From the NCBI GenBank assembly GCA_002633005.1, contig NMRA01000277.1, positions 124,001 through 188,000 on the forward strand: 64,000 bases of DNA. Direction: 5' to 3'. Numbering within the stretch: position 1 is the stretch's first letter; each line of letters opens with the position of its first letter. The stretch comes from Phoronis australis (taxonomy: Eukaryota; Animalia; Phoronida). The notes under the pieces are model-generated. The model worked only from the letters and a program-made list of their open reading frames with translations. It had not been told where the DNA came from and ran no database searches. Shown here piece after piece: positions 38,112 through 51,000 of the stretch. The position numbers and the translations under genes are program-made.

Positions 38112-40931
38112 TCACGTATCCGACGAAAAAGATGGCGCTGGTGGAAACTGCCGAGGTGTACTAGACACTTTCTTCCTGATCGCGTACACCAAAATAACAG
38201 CAAGTACCACTAACAAGTTGACGCTGACTACCCAAGAACATATGACTATAATCATTAAAGTGTTTCCTTTGTCTGTTGGCGTTTCAGTGAGTTTACTAAG
38301 TAGTGTTTCAATTCTTTCAGTTTTACCGGCTATATTAAAGGCTTCACATTTGATTTGAGCCTGCAGGAACTGTTTTGTCAGTGGTGTGGACGTTTGACAA
38401 GATGTATTGAACTGCAAGAAGTCGTAACTAGGATGGCAGTCTCTTCGTTTCCCACTGAGAGAGGTTATCCTTATGGTGGGCGCAGGATCACCAAAGGAGG
38501 AACACGTAATTGTCACGTGACCAGTGTTGATGGTGAACGTGATAGAGGGCTTTGCCGGCTGTGAGCATGTTAAATTCACGTGTTCAAGATAATCTGAAGT
38601 GTCTCGTGTTCTTGGCCGTGTGACGTTACACGGAATAGAAATTCCAAGATAGGTGTTATCTTTTTTAACACGTCTTAACCATTCCTGAAGGTAGTCCAGC
38701 TCACAGTTACAATGAAGTGGGTTGTCACGGATATCAAATACCACGAAACTACCTTCCTTAAGTTTCCTTGTTAGGGCTGACGGAAGACGCCTTATGCTAT
38801 TGTTTTGAAAGCTTAAAATATGTAGGTTTGTTAAAGACTTAAACGTGTGAACATTTATGTAGTGTAAGTTGTTGTAATCTAGCAACAACATTTTTAAATT
38901 GGGCTTTGAAGTTCCAAACCAATCTTCCATTTGTCTGAGGCGATTGTGCGTCAACGTGACCTCGGCTAAGTTGTGTAATTTCTCGAATGCGTTTTCTTCA
39001 ACAACGTCAATTGAGTTCCAGTCAAGAAATAGTTGTGTCACGGATGACAGTGTCGTTTTGAAGATATCTGAAGAGATCCTTTCAATCCTGTTGTTTTGGA
39101 GTGAAAGTTTTCGTAAATTGGTCATTCCTCTGAAACTGTCACCTTCTAGGAATTTTATGTAATTATAAAATAGATATAGTGACTCAATAGTTTTCAGATT
39201 TGCAAATAAAGTGTAGGGTATATTTGTTAATTTGTTGTGGCCAAGATAGATTTCACGTATGTTTGGAAGTGTATGAAAAGTGCCAGATTCAATAAAAAAG
39301 ATTGTGTTGTAATTTAGCGACAGAGAACGTAAGTTTACCAAACCTGAAAAGGTATTTGTAATGAGTACCGAGATCTTGTTGAAAGAGAGAAATAAATTCT
39401 CCGTAGCCAAATGCGCTGCAAACGCGCCATTTTCGATAAATGTCACGTTACTCTTGACAAATGTTATAGACTTTGCTCTCACATTCGAAAGAAGATTCGT
39501 AAACAATACGACATCCCCAGGTCCCTTGTAGGACAGATAAAAATTGTCATTCGCCGTCATGTTTGGAAATATATGACTGGTATTGCTTAAGTCAAACACG
39601 CCTATTTCTATAAATCGAAGCCGATGAACTGGTGGAGCATTTGTTGGTGTAAGAACATCAAATGACAGACTCCTTAGAGACAGTGGTGCAATAAAGGAGC
39701 TGTCAGGATTACTGTAAATGACATTGTCGGACATGAAGAGCGTATTTAAGGCAGGGGGCAGGAAAAACAGGTGTCGTATTTTGTTACCCTCAAGATAAAG
39801 CCTTAACAATGACGTCAATTCTATAAAAGCATCCTCATCAATGAGCTCGATGGCGTTGTGCGCAAGATTCATTTCGACCAAATTGCAAAGGCTTTTGAAC
39901 ATTGATGTGGTGACCCTGTTAAGTTTGTTATTAGACAAGTTCAACACTTGAACAGAGGTAACGTGTTGAAAGGCACCGTCCTCGACTTCCTCTATTTCGT
40001 TTTGCCTAAAGTTTATCACCCGAACGAGAGTAAGACTTTGAAAAAATGATTTGTTGATATTGCGAAGACGATTATTAAGTAACAGAAATACTCTTATAGA
40101 CGTGTTTGATGGCCCACTGGTTATTGCAGAAATGTTACAGTTGGACATATCTACGGTTAACTTCATTTCGTTTTTAATTCCCCTAAACATATCGATGTGT
40201 GCCTCATCTAAATTATTGTGAGCAAGATTAATAAATTCTAGAGCATGAGAGCCAATAAATGTTGCCTCTGACATGTTGTGAAGGTTATTGTAGCTCAAAC
40301 CTATTTCTTTAATCTTTGTTAGTCCCTTCACTATTCCCGGCAGTGTAGTTTTTAAAAGGTTGTGATCAAGATAAAGAACACGTAATACCTTCAGGTGCTG
40401 AAAAGTATTCGGCACGATATAGGATATGTTGTTGACAGACAGATCCAACAACTCCAAGCGTTCTAGTCCGGTGAACATTCCAGTATGAATTACGGTCAGT
40501 TCGTTATTGCTGATATCCAAATACACCAAAGACACTAAATGTTTAAATGTGCCATTTGCCACGAAAGTTAAAGCATTCATCTCCAAGTTGAGCATCTGTA
40601 AAGACACAAGTCCATTCAACGACATCGTCAATAAGTTGCGCAGGTGATTGAATGAGAGATCCAAAATCTTCAACGTAGTCAGGCTGGAAAACAAATGTTC
40701 TGGAATAATGGCAATTTCATTATGAAACAGATACAGTTCTTTCAAATTGTCTGCAAGAAATGCATTCCTCGTCACGTTTGTGAGTTTGCAGTGTGTCAAT
40801 GTTAGTCTGTCTTCTTTACTATTTCGTTCCACGTTCTCGCGGCTCAGGGTTCCTCTCACCTGAAGTGAAGAACAACAAAACACTGCCTTTGACAGTATGG
40901 CAAGATAGAAAGCGATTTGTATGTTAGCCAT
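38112..40931 (-). CDS. Single-exon type I membrane LRR-Ig protein (signal peptide, ~20+ LRRs in two blocks, LRRCT, Ig-like domain, TM, short tail)
   Basis: Uninterrupted 939-aa ORF with a hydrophobic N-terminus, many LxxLxLxxNxI/L repeats, LRRCT NPLHCNCEL, Ig motifs VTITCSSFGDPAP and IKCEAFNIAG, TM LMIIVICSWVVSVNLLVVLAVILVYAI and a ~21-aa cytoplasmic tail. Confidence 0.93.
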   Translation of the reverse strand: MANIQIAFYLAILSKAVFCCSSLQVRGTLSRENVERNSKEDRLTLTHCKLTNVTRNAFLADNLKELYLFHNEIAIIPEHLFSSLTTLKILDLSFNHLRNLLTMSLNGLVSLQMLNLEMNALTFVANGTFKHLVSLVYLDISNNELTVIHTGMFTGLERLELLDLSVNNISYIVPNTFQHLKVLRVLYLDHNLLKTTLPGIVKGLTKIKEIGLSYNNLHNMSEATFIGSHALEFINLAHNNLDEAHIDMFRGIKNEMKLTVDMSNCNISAITSGPSNTSIRVFLLLNNRLRNINKSFFQSLTLVRVINFRQNEIEEVEDGAFQHVTSVQVLNLSNNKLNRVTTSMFKSLCNLVEMNLAHNAIELIDEDAFIELTSLLRLYLEGNKIRHLFFLPPALNTLFMSDNVIYSNPDSSFIAPLSLRSLSFDVLTPTNAPPVHRLRFIEIGVFDLSNTSHIFPNMTANDNFYLSYKGPGDVVLFTNLLSNVRAKSITFVKSNVTFIENGAFAAHLATENLFLSFNKISVLITNTFSGLVNLRSLSLNYNTIFFIESGTFHTLPNIREIYLGHNKLTNIPYTLFANLKTIESLYLFYNYIKFLEGDSFRGMTNLRKLSLQNNRIERISSDIFKTTLSSVTQLFLDWNSIDVVEENAFEKLHNLAEVTLTHNRLRQMEDWFGTSKPNLKMLLLDYNNLHYINVHTFKSLTNLHILSFQNNSIRRLPSALTRKLKEGSFVVFDIRDNPLHCNCELDYLQEWLRRVKKDNTYLGISIPCNVTRPRTRDTSDYLEHVNLTCSQPAKPSITFTINTGHVTITCSSFGDPAPTIRITSLSGKRRDCHPSYDFLQFNTSCQTSTPLTKQFLQAQIKCEAFNIAGKTERIETLLSKLTETPTDKGNTLMIIVICSWVVSVNLLVVLAVILVYAIRKKVSSTPRQFPPAPSFSSDT

Positions 40932-41694
40932 TCATAAATCAAGTAACACACGCTGCGCCTAGATCAGCAAGCAAAAGTTGAAGAATGCGTCTTTGTATTG
41001 AATCTGTGAACTTTTCTTATATACATGTGCGTGACGTAGCAGGAACACAGAGTGAAATCTGTTGTTTGCAGCTTTCCGTACTTCTGCTGTAAGATCCGCC
41101 ATATATCTGACATTTGTTTGAAAAATTGTCACGAACGTTTGTGAAAAACTTCTTGAAATCTTATGCAAACTAAATCCCATATGCCAGCCATACATGTCTG
41201 ATTTTTGCAACGAAACGCGCCGGAAGTAACTTGACAAGTTGTTTTTGATCGGCCCGAACACTGCAACAATTCAACACAAGTGACAAGAATCGACGCTTTT
41301 GGCCCAATGAAAAGGTTAATTGGATAAATCTTTTCGTGTGGTTGAATTCGCAGTCGTTTACCAGGACATTTAGTTTGAAGTTTGTGGTTTTGTAGGAATT
41401 TTGGCTCGACTTAAATGTAGTATTTTTTCATCTATCACTACGTCTACAATACAAAGCAAACCAATATTGTCAAAATTCGGCAAGAGCGAAATTTTGCCAT
41501 TTTTCATGATTTTCACAAGCTCATCTCTATTAGCATGCAAGGTGGTGGAAAATGAAAAATATGTCAGCGATATATTTAAACTTCCTTCTTTCCATTGCAA
41601 GAAAGGGGGCATTAATGAACATTTTCAAAAATCGAAGTAATGCGAGCATTTCACACATTCTTCACTCACTTGTAAATTCTTGAGACTTATAGTT

Positions 41695-44600
41695 ACTCTG
41701 CGCGTTCAAGCGCAGAGTACTGTTGTTCCTGGGTTTTCTTCAATTTTATTCTTCTTATTACTCTGCGCGTGCAAGCGCAGAGTTGTACTGTTCTACGTAT
41801 TTTATCTTCTTATTACTCTGCGCGTTCAAGCGCAGAGTTTTACTGTTCTACGTACTTTATCTTCCTATTCTTATTATTATTACTCTGCGCGTGTAAGCGC
41901 AGAGTACTGTTGTTCCTGGGTTTTCTTCAATTTTATTACTCTGCGCGTGCAAGCGCAGAGTACTGTTGTTCCTGGGTTTTCTTCAATTTTATTCTTATTC
42001 TTATTCTTATTACTCTGCGCGTGTAAGCGCAGAGTACTGTTGTTCCTGGGTTTTCTTCAATTTTATTCTTATTCTTCTTATTCTTATTCTTATTCTTCTT
42101 ATTCTTCTTCCGACCAACTTTGAGGCTTAATAACTCCAAATTGGGTGCAGATACGGTCTTTAAATTCAGCATATGACTTTTGACGGTATATAAATTTTGA
42201 TTGGTTATACAATCATGTTCCATATTGCACCGGAAGAGGTCGTTTGGTGCAAAGGTCATATAATTTTCAAAATGCTACTCCTCCTTCAGTTTTAAAGCTA
42301 ACTTTTTCAAATTCGGTGCACAGGTATAAGTCAACATGACATTTTAAAAAATTACTTTTCTAAGTAATCGGGTCATCCAATCAGGTGAAATAGGTCAAAG
42401 GTCATTAGGTGCAAACTTAAATTTTAAGATAGACACTTCAAATTGACAGGTCTGATTGCCACACGTAAATCAAATTGGAATCCAAAGTTTCAGGTCATTT
42501 AGTGCAAACATGGGGTCATTAGGTGCATTTTTCTTCTGAAAATTTGACCTTTTCAATCAGCAAGTATTCTGATGTGTCAACCGTTAGACAACTGTGACTC
42601 TCAGCGTTAAACACATTTTCCATGGGCTTTGCAATAATTCTCCTAAAAATGCTTAAAATGCACCGGATCAGGTCAATTAGTGCAAAGGTCATGTAACGTT
42701 CAAAATGTTATATCTCTTACGTTTTTCAAGGAATTCTTTTCAATTTCAGCACACTGGCATAAGTCAACATGCCAGTTGAATACCCTACTTTACTTCGCAA
42801 TAGGCCTAACCAATCAGAAAAAATAGGTCAAAGGTCATTGAGTGCAAACTAAAATTTTGAGCTAGAGACTTCAGAATTACGTATCTGTTTACTAAGTGCG
42901 ATTGAGTTTGAATTCTCAATTTTCAGGTCATTTGGTGCGCCCATGGGGTCATTAGGTGCATTTATCATCTGAAAGTGACCACTTCATTCATTTTGTATTC
43001 TGAAGTGCTTAAAGTAAAACATCTGTGATTATTAGCATTAACCACACTTTTAATCGAGTTAACAATTACTCCCTCATCCTGTTTACTAAATGTGATTGAG
43101 TTTGAATTCTAAATTTTTGGGTCATTTGGTGCACCCATGGGGTCATTAGGTGCATTTTTCTACTGAAAGTTTGACCAATTCATTCATGTTGTATTCTTAA
43201 GTAATTTTAAAGAATTCCTTTTCGTATTGGTAAACGGGTTGCTGTCAGTAACTTCCCATAACAATTCCTTTAAAAGCACGCGCAGAGTCCATTATTGTCA
43301 CGCCGTGACAATAATCTTTCTAATTCTTATTCTTATTCTTATTCTTATTACTCTGCGCGTGTAAGCGCAGAGTACTGTTGTTCCTGGGTTTTCTTCAATC
43401 TTATTCTTATTATTATTCTTATTACTCTGCGCGTGTAAGCGCAGAGTACTGTTGTTCCTGGGTTTTCTTCAATTTTATTCTTCTTCTTCTTCTTCTTATT
43501 CTTCTTCCGACCAACTTTGAGGCTTAATAACTCCAAATTGGGTGCAGGTACGGTCTTTAAATTCAGCATATGACTTTTGACAGTATATAAATTTTGATTG
43601 GTTATATAATCATATTCCATATTGCACCGGAAGAGGTCGTTTGGTGCAAAGGTCATATAATTTTCAAAATGCTACTCCTCCTTCAGTTTTAAAGCTATCT
43701 TTTTCAAATTCGGTGCACAGGTATAAGTCAACATGACAATTTAAAAAATTACTTTTCTAAGTAATCGGGTCATCCAATCAGGTGAAATAGGTCAAAGGTC
43801 ATTAGGTGCAAACTAAAATTTTGAGCTAGACACTTCAAATTGACAGGTCTGATTGCCACAGGTAAATCAAATCGGAATCCAAAGTTTCAGGTCATTTAGT
43901 GCAAACATGGGGTCATTAGGTGCATTTTTCTTCTGAAAATTTGACCTTTTCAATCAGCAAGTATTCTGATGTGTCAACCGTTAGACAACTGTGATTCTCA
44001 GCGTTAAACACATTTTCCATGGGCTTTGCAATAATTCTCCTAAAGATGCTTAAAATGCACCGGATAAGGTCAATTAGTGCAAAGGTCATGTAACGTTCAA
44101 AATGTTATATCTCTTACGTTTTTCAAGGAATTCTTTTCAATTTCAGCACACTGGTGTAAGTCAACATGCCAATTGAATACCCTACTTTACTTTGCAATAG
44201 GCCTAACCAATCAGAAAAAATAGGTCAAAGGTCATTGAGTGCAAACTAAAATTTTGAGCTAGAGACTTCAGAATTACGTATCTGTTTACTAAGTGCGATT
44301 GAGTTTGAATTCTAAATTTTCAGGTCATTTGGTGCACCCATGGGGTCATTAGGTGCATTTTTCTTCTGAAAGTTTGACCACTTCATTCATCTTGTATTCT
44401 GAAGTGCTTAAAGTAAAATATCTGTGATTATTAGCATTAACCACACTTTCAATCGAGTTAACAATTACTCCCTCATCAGGGCTCATAATGCACCGGAAGA
44501 GGTCAATTAGTGGAAAGGCCATCAAAAAATGCATATGTAATTTCTCCTACAATTTTAAAGAATTCCTTTTCATATTGGTAAACGGGTTGCTGTCAGTAAC

Positions 44601-47600
44601 TTCCCATAATAATTCCAGTAATACGCACGCGCAGAGTCCGTTATTGTCACGCCGTGACAATAATCTTTCTAGTTCTTCTTATTCTTCTTATTCTTCTTCT
44701 TATTCTTCTTCCGACCAACTTTGAGGCTTAATAACTCCAAATTGGGTGCAGGTACAGTCTTTAAATTCAGCATATGACTTATGACAGTATATTGATTGGT
44801 TATATAGTCATATCCCATATTGCACCGGAAGAGGTCGTTTGGTGCAAAGGCCATATAATTTTCAAAATGTTACTCTTCCTTCAGTTTTTAAGATATCTTT
44901 TTCAAATTCGGTGCACAGGTATAAGTCAACATGACAATATAAAAAAGTACTTTTCTAAGAAATCGGGTCATCCAATCAGGTGAAATAGGTCAAAGGTCAT
45001 TAGGTGCAAACTAAAATTTTGAGCTAGACACTTCAAATTGACAGGTCTGATTGCCACAGGTAAATCAAATCGGAATCCAAAGTTTCAGGTCATTTAGTGC
45101 AAACATGGGGTCATTAGGTGCATTTTTCTTCTGAAAATTTGACCTTTTCAATCAGCAAGTATTCAGTTTTTAAGATATCTTTTTCAAATTCGGTGCACAG
45201 GTATAAGTCAACATGACAATTTAAAAAAGTACTTTTCTAAGAAATCGGGTCATCCAATCAAGTGAAATAGGTCAAAGGTCATTAGGTGCAAACTAAAATT
45301 TTGAGCTAGACACTTCAAATTGACAGGTCTGATTGCCAAAGGTAAATTAAATCGGAATCCAAAGTTGCAGGTCATTTAGTGCAAACATGGGGTCATTAGG
45401 TGCATTTTTCTTCTGAAAATTTGAAAATTTGACCTTTTCAATCAGCAAGTTTATGTGTCAACCGTTAGACAACTGTGATTCTCAGCGTTAAACACATTTT
45501 CCATGGGCTTTGCAATAATTCTCCTAAAGATGCTTAAAATGCACCGGATAAGGTCAATTAGTGCAAAGGTCATCTAACGTTCAAAATGTTATATCTTATG
45601 TTTTTCAAGGAATTCTTTTCAATTTCAGCACACTGACTAGTGTAAGTCAACATGCCAATTGAACAACCTACTTATCTACCCAATAAGCCTAACCAGTCAG
45701 AAAAAATAGGTCAAAGGTCATTGGGTGCAAAATTAAAATTTTGAGCTAATGACTTCAAAATTACATATCTGTTTACTAAATGCGATTGAGTTTGAATTTT
45801 CAATTTTTGGGTCATTTGGTTTACCCATGGGGTCATTAGGTGCATTTTTCTTCTGACAGTTTGACCAATTCATTCATGTTGTATTCTTAAGTGCTTAAAG
45901 TAAAACATCTGTGATTCTTAGCATTAACCACACTTTAAATTGGTTTTACAATTATTCCCTCATCGGGGTTCATAATGCACTGGAAGAGGTCAGTTAGTGG
46001 AAAGGTCATCAAAACATTAACATGTAATTTCTCCTACAATTTTAAAGAATTCCTTTTCATATTGGTAACCGGGTTGCTGTCAGTAACTTCCCATAACAAT
46101 TCCTTTAATACGCACGCGCAGAGTCCATTATTGGCACGCCGTGACAATAATCTTTCTAGTTCTTATTATTCTTCTTCTTATTATTCTTCTTCCGACCAAC
46201 TTTGAGGCTTAATAACTCCAAATTCGGCGCAGGTACGGTCTTTAAATTTAGCATATGACTTTTGACAGTATATAAATTTTGATTGGTTACATAATCATAT
46301 TCCATATTGCACCGGAAGAGGTCGTTTGGTGCAAAGGTCATATAATTTTAAAAATGCTACTCCTTCAGTTTTAAAGCTATCTTTTTTAAATTCAGTGCAC
46401 AGGTATATGTCAACATGACAATTTAAAAAAGTACTTTTCTAAGTAATCGGGTCATCCAATCAGGTGAAATAGGTCAAAGGTCATTAGGTGCAAACTAAAA
46501 TTTTGAGTTAGATACTTCAAATTGACAGGTCTGATTGCCATAGGTAAATCAAATCGGAATCCAAAGTTTCAGGTCATTTAGTGCAAACATGGGGTCATTA
46601 GATGCATTTTTCTTCTGAATGTTTGACCAATTCATTCATGTTGTATTCTGAAGTGCTTAAAGTAAAACATCTGTGATTCTTATCACACTTTAAATCGAGT
46701 TAACAATTATTCCCTCGTCGGGGTTCATAATGCACCGGAAGAGATCAATTAGTGGAAAGGTCATCAAAATACTAACATGTAATTTCTCTTACATTTTTTA
46801 AGAATTCCTTTCATATTGGTAAAGGGGTTGCTGTCAGTAACTTCCCAAAACAATTATAGTAATACGCACGCGCAGAGTTCATTATTGTCACGCCGTGACA
46901 ATAATCTTTCTAGTTCTTATTCTTCTTCCGACCAACTTTGACACTTAATAACTCCAAAATGTTTGCAGGTATGTTCCTCAAATTTAAAATATGATGTTAG
47001 GCGGTATATAAATTTTGATTCATTATATAGTCATATTCCATAATGCACCAGAGGAGGTCATTTGGTGTAAAGGTCAAGTAATTTTCAAAATGCTACTCCT
47101 TCTCTATTTTAAAAGCTATTCTTTTCAAATTCGGTACACAGGTATAAGTCAATAAGGCAATTTAAAAAATTACTTTTCTAAATAACCGGGTCATCCAATC
47201 AGGTGAAACCGGTCAAAGGTTATTAGTTGCAAACTAAAATTTTGAGCTAGACACTTCAAATTGACAGGTCTGATTACCACAGGTAAATCAAATCGGAATA
47301 CAAAGTTTCAGGTCATTTAGTGCAAATATGGGGTCATTAGGTGCATTTTTCTTCTGAAAATTTGACCTTTTTCATCAGCAAGTATTCTGATGTGTCAACC
47401 GTTAGACATCTGTGAATCTCAGAGTTAAACACAATATCCATGGGCTTTCCAATAATTCTCCTAAAGACGCTTATAATGCACCGGATAGGGTCTATTAGTG
47501 CAAAGGTCATGTAACGTTCAAAATGTTATATCTCTCACGTTTTTCAAGGAATTCTTTTCAATTTCAGCACACTGGTGTAAGTCAACATGCCAATTGAATA

Positions 47601-48050
47601 CCCTACTTTACTTCGCAATAGGCCTACCCAATCAGAAAAAATAGGTCAAAGGCCATTGTTTGCAAACTAAAATTTTGAGCTAGAGACTTCAATTTTCAGG
47701 TCATTTGGTTTACCCATGGGGCCATTAGGTGCATTTTTCTTCTGAAAGTTTGACCACTTCAATCATCTTGTATTCTGAAGTGCTTAAAGTAAAACATCTG
47801 TGATTATTAGCATTAACCACATTTTTAATCGAGTTAACAATTACTCCCTCATCGGGGCTCATAATGCACCGGATGAGGTCAATTAGTGGAAAGGTCATCA
47901 AAAAAATAATATGTAATTTCTCCTACAATTTTAAAGAATTCCTTTTCATATTGGTAAACGGGTTGCTGTCAGTAACTTCCCATAATAATTCCAGTAGTAC
48001 GAGCGCGCAGAGTCCGTTATTTTCACGCCGTGACAATAATCTTTCTAGTT
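41695..48050 (+). mobile_element. Array of five Helentron-associated (HINE/DINE-like) non-autonomous elements
   Basis: 5' hairpin/subTIR actctgcgcgt(g/t)(c/t)aagcgcagagt followed by a (TTC/TTA)n microsatellite, an internally repetitive body, 3' subTIR cgcgcagagt, hairpin attattgtcacg-c-cgtgacaataat and a ctttcta(g/a)tt end. Ends at ~43325, 44674, 46161, 46915 and 48050. Confidence 0.8.
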
Positions 48051-51000
48051 AAGGGATCAACTTTCAGCTGTTAAGTTGCTGTAATTGAACTGATTTTAAT
48101 GATGTTTATACCAAACTGTTTGCTAAAAAATCTTGCTTTCAACTTTAAGTGTACAGTTTTTTATTTTAATAATAAAAGTTTGAGAAAATGTACTTTTTAA
48201 ATTTACTGCCTTGTCAATTTCTCGCCTGGAAAAATCCTGAAAGTGTACACTCAACGTCATACTCACCAATCATGTCCTAATCCATTCCTCATCAAATGTT
48301 TTCACTTTATCTCACCATTTCCATTTGGGAATACTTCCAAAAAGGTAAACGCAGTCCGGGGTTCAAACTGAACTTGAACTTAATTGGTCAAATGTATTAA
48401 ACAGAACCAGTCCAAACGTCTTTAAATTACAAAAAGTGGCTCAAATTGGTGAAATATTTTCATTTAAATAGTACAGAATATTTCTAAAATTCAATTTAAC
48501 GTCAGTTTTTGGGATATAGTCTAAAGCTACCATTTAAGACTGTATTCAAGTGTTTCTGATGTAATTTGTATTTTGCTTTGCTCGGACAGACAGGTGGGCC
48601 TAACCTGGCCCCAGACACATCCACCTGCTAATGGTAACAGTGTTTTTTTCGTTCTCTGACAAATTTGACTTACCTTCATGTAGTTTAATATATGTAAGTT
48701 GACTTCTTTCGATACCTACTTTCCTAAAATGTCAGAGCTGCTAGTGCTGCTGTTTAATTTTTCGTTTTTCAGCACGTAGAAGATTTACACAAATACGGTG
48801 CTGTACCAGGATTTATAAGACAAAGACATGGCGTCCCGTCAAAATATTGATTCGGAGGCAAAGTTTTTGCCATTAGTAAACATATGTTATCTAATAGATA
48901 TAAATTATTGCTCATAGTGATGCTGTTATTTCAAGCAACTGTACACCATGACGTGCAATATTCTTATGCTCAAATTATAGGATTTCCTGTATGAATTCTC
49001 AAGTAAGATACATCAAAAGAAATTTTAAAATATCAAGATTGGTTGAGAAACTCTATTTTGGAAAAAATAGAATGCAAAGCGTGTTTTTGTATTTCTTTCT
49101 CAGAAATGTATACAACACTTTATGACACCCTCTCATCGTCAGTGCTTATGTCCCTTGGTCCACAACATGCTCAACACGCTCTAACGGGAGTTGGCAGTCT
49201 CTGCCTATGGTCCATGGTGGCAGCGACCTGTGTGAAGTAGGTCAAAGTCATTCACTTTGAGAAAAGCGAGACCACGCAAGTCTTCTTGAGATATAATCGC
49301 CATTCACGTTAGACGGCGAGGCAGCTAGGTGTTTAGCCAAAAAGTGATTACATCATAACCCTAGCAACTACTCAAAATTGGAGACAAACAATATGACGGT
49401 GGCCTTTTCCTTTGTTTTAACATTTTGTTCAAACCCGCAAAATTCAACAAATCTAATTTTTCAAAGTCTGAAACTCATCTATAAAACAATACAGATTAGC
49501 ATAATAACCACAACTTTTGATTTAATGTAATTTCCCACAGAGATGTGGCAAGGGCTTAGAATTCAGATGGCAGAATCTCCTACATGACCCCAGTAAGGTG
49601 ACGTCACAGTTCCCGTCCTCATATGTAACATTCTTGTTTCCAGGGGCATGCCAGTGATATTGGTGAGCTTAAAACTCGTTGCGCGAGAACATACGTCAAA
49701 GCAAAAGACAACTTTGTAAACGTTCCTGCATATTTTCTGGACAATGAGAAGGCTGAACTTTTTGTAGGCAATTGTCGCCCCACGTTCCAGAACCTCGCAA
49801 TCACTCAGTGAGTTATGCTCCCGTGTATGGAGCACGGTGGATCCATGCTGCATTTTTGAATACTATTAAAGTGTAGTATACAAATGCAGGTATTCTATAC
49901 CCAACTGCAGGAGCAAAGTCGTGAATGATCGTAAACAGTGACAGTAAGTTAGATGTTTCTAAGTAGAAACAGTGGCCTTCTCGGAAAGTCGTAGAATTGA
50001 AATTTTCCCACTAGGAAACACGTTAGGTCGTGTTTAAACTCATATGCGTATTTAAGGGGGTTAAGGTGACCCGAGCCCTCTGTGGGCGCGCCGGAAAGAA
50101 CAAAGAAAATGGAGCCGACATGCAGCTTTCAGAGTTACTTGATGGTTTTTCTTTGAAAGTTTCGGTTGCGCCACTCCCCCCCCCCNACCCCCCCCCCCCC
50201 CTGTGATATCCTCGATCCGCCTGTAGAACTTTACAAAACGGCGGGGCTATTGATTGTACATCTGATTCAAAGCCTGCAGTGACCCAATCTTGAAAGTTAA
50301 GGGGGTTGTCATGCTGAAATATGCACCGTTACCATAGTAACCAGGTAGTATGCCAGTCAAAATGAACATATGAGATTTGATAGCAAATTCGTGTTAGAAG
50401 CTAGCTACCTTGTCCAGAGTGCAAGCACTGACTTTTTGTTGAAACGTTGGGTGTTGCTAAGCTGAATTGGTTATCACCACCATAGTAATCAGGTATTTTC
50501 ATCGTCACCATCACTAGTTTAAGGCTTGATGGTAGCCGTGTTAAAAGCGAGCTACCATATTCAAATCTCTTAAGGACCACCCTAGAAACTTTGTGGTGTT
50601 GTCAAGCCTGAATGTGTACGCAAACATGGAAATAGTCTTTTTTAACAACATATACATGTAAGCTGCATACAGGTAATGCAATAGATTAGCATACAGTAAT
50701 TAGAAAACTAAAGGTTTATGTCTGGTGTGCCAATACTAGCAGCATTACTTTGAGTATCCAAATATCGTTACCATGGCAACCAATGCGGCTAAACCTACGT
50801 ACAGCAGGATCGGTTGAAGAAAGCAAATACTTTTGGTTGGCTTTATTAAAGGTGTGCCATAATTACCTATAACTAAAGCATAATCTTAGAAATACAATAT
50901 TAAAACGGTTGCCATAACAACGGAATTGTAACATTCATCAAAAACCTTCAAGACAATGCGGGTAGCATAGTATAGTGTTTCTGTGGATAAAATCACGACA

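Noticed and set aside
41680-46341. Repeated ORFs (MTFAPNDLFRC..., ITLRVQAQS...)
   Set aside because: They are translations of the non-coding HINE-like unit and its microsatellite.
50325-50925. Repeated gttaccat(a/g)g(t/c)aac motifs resembling RFX X-boxes
   Set aside because: More likely internal motifs of a decayed repeat, and no associated gene start is visible.
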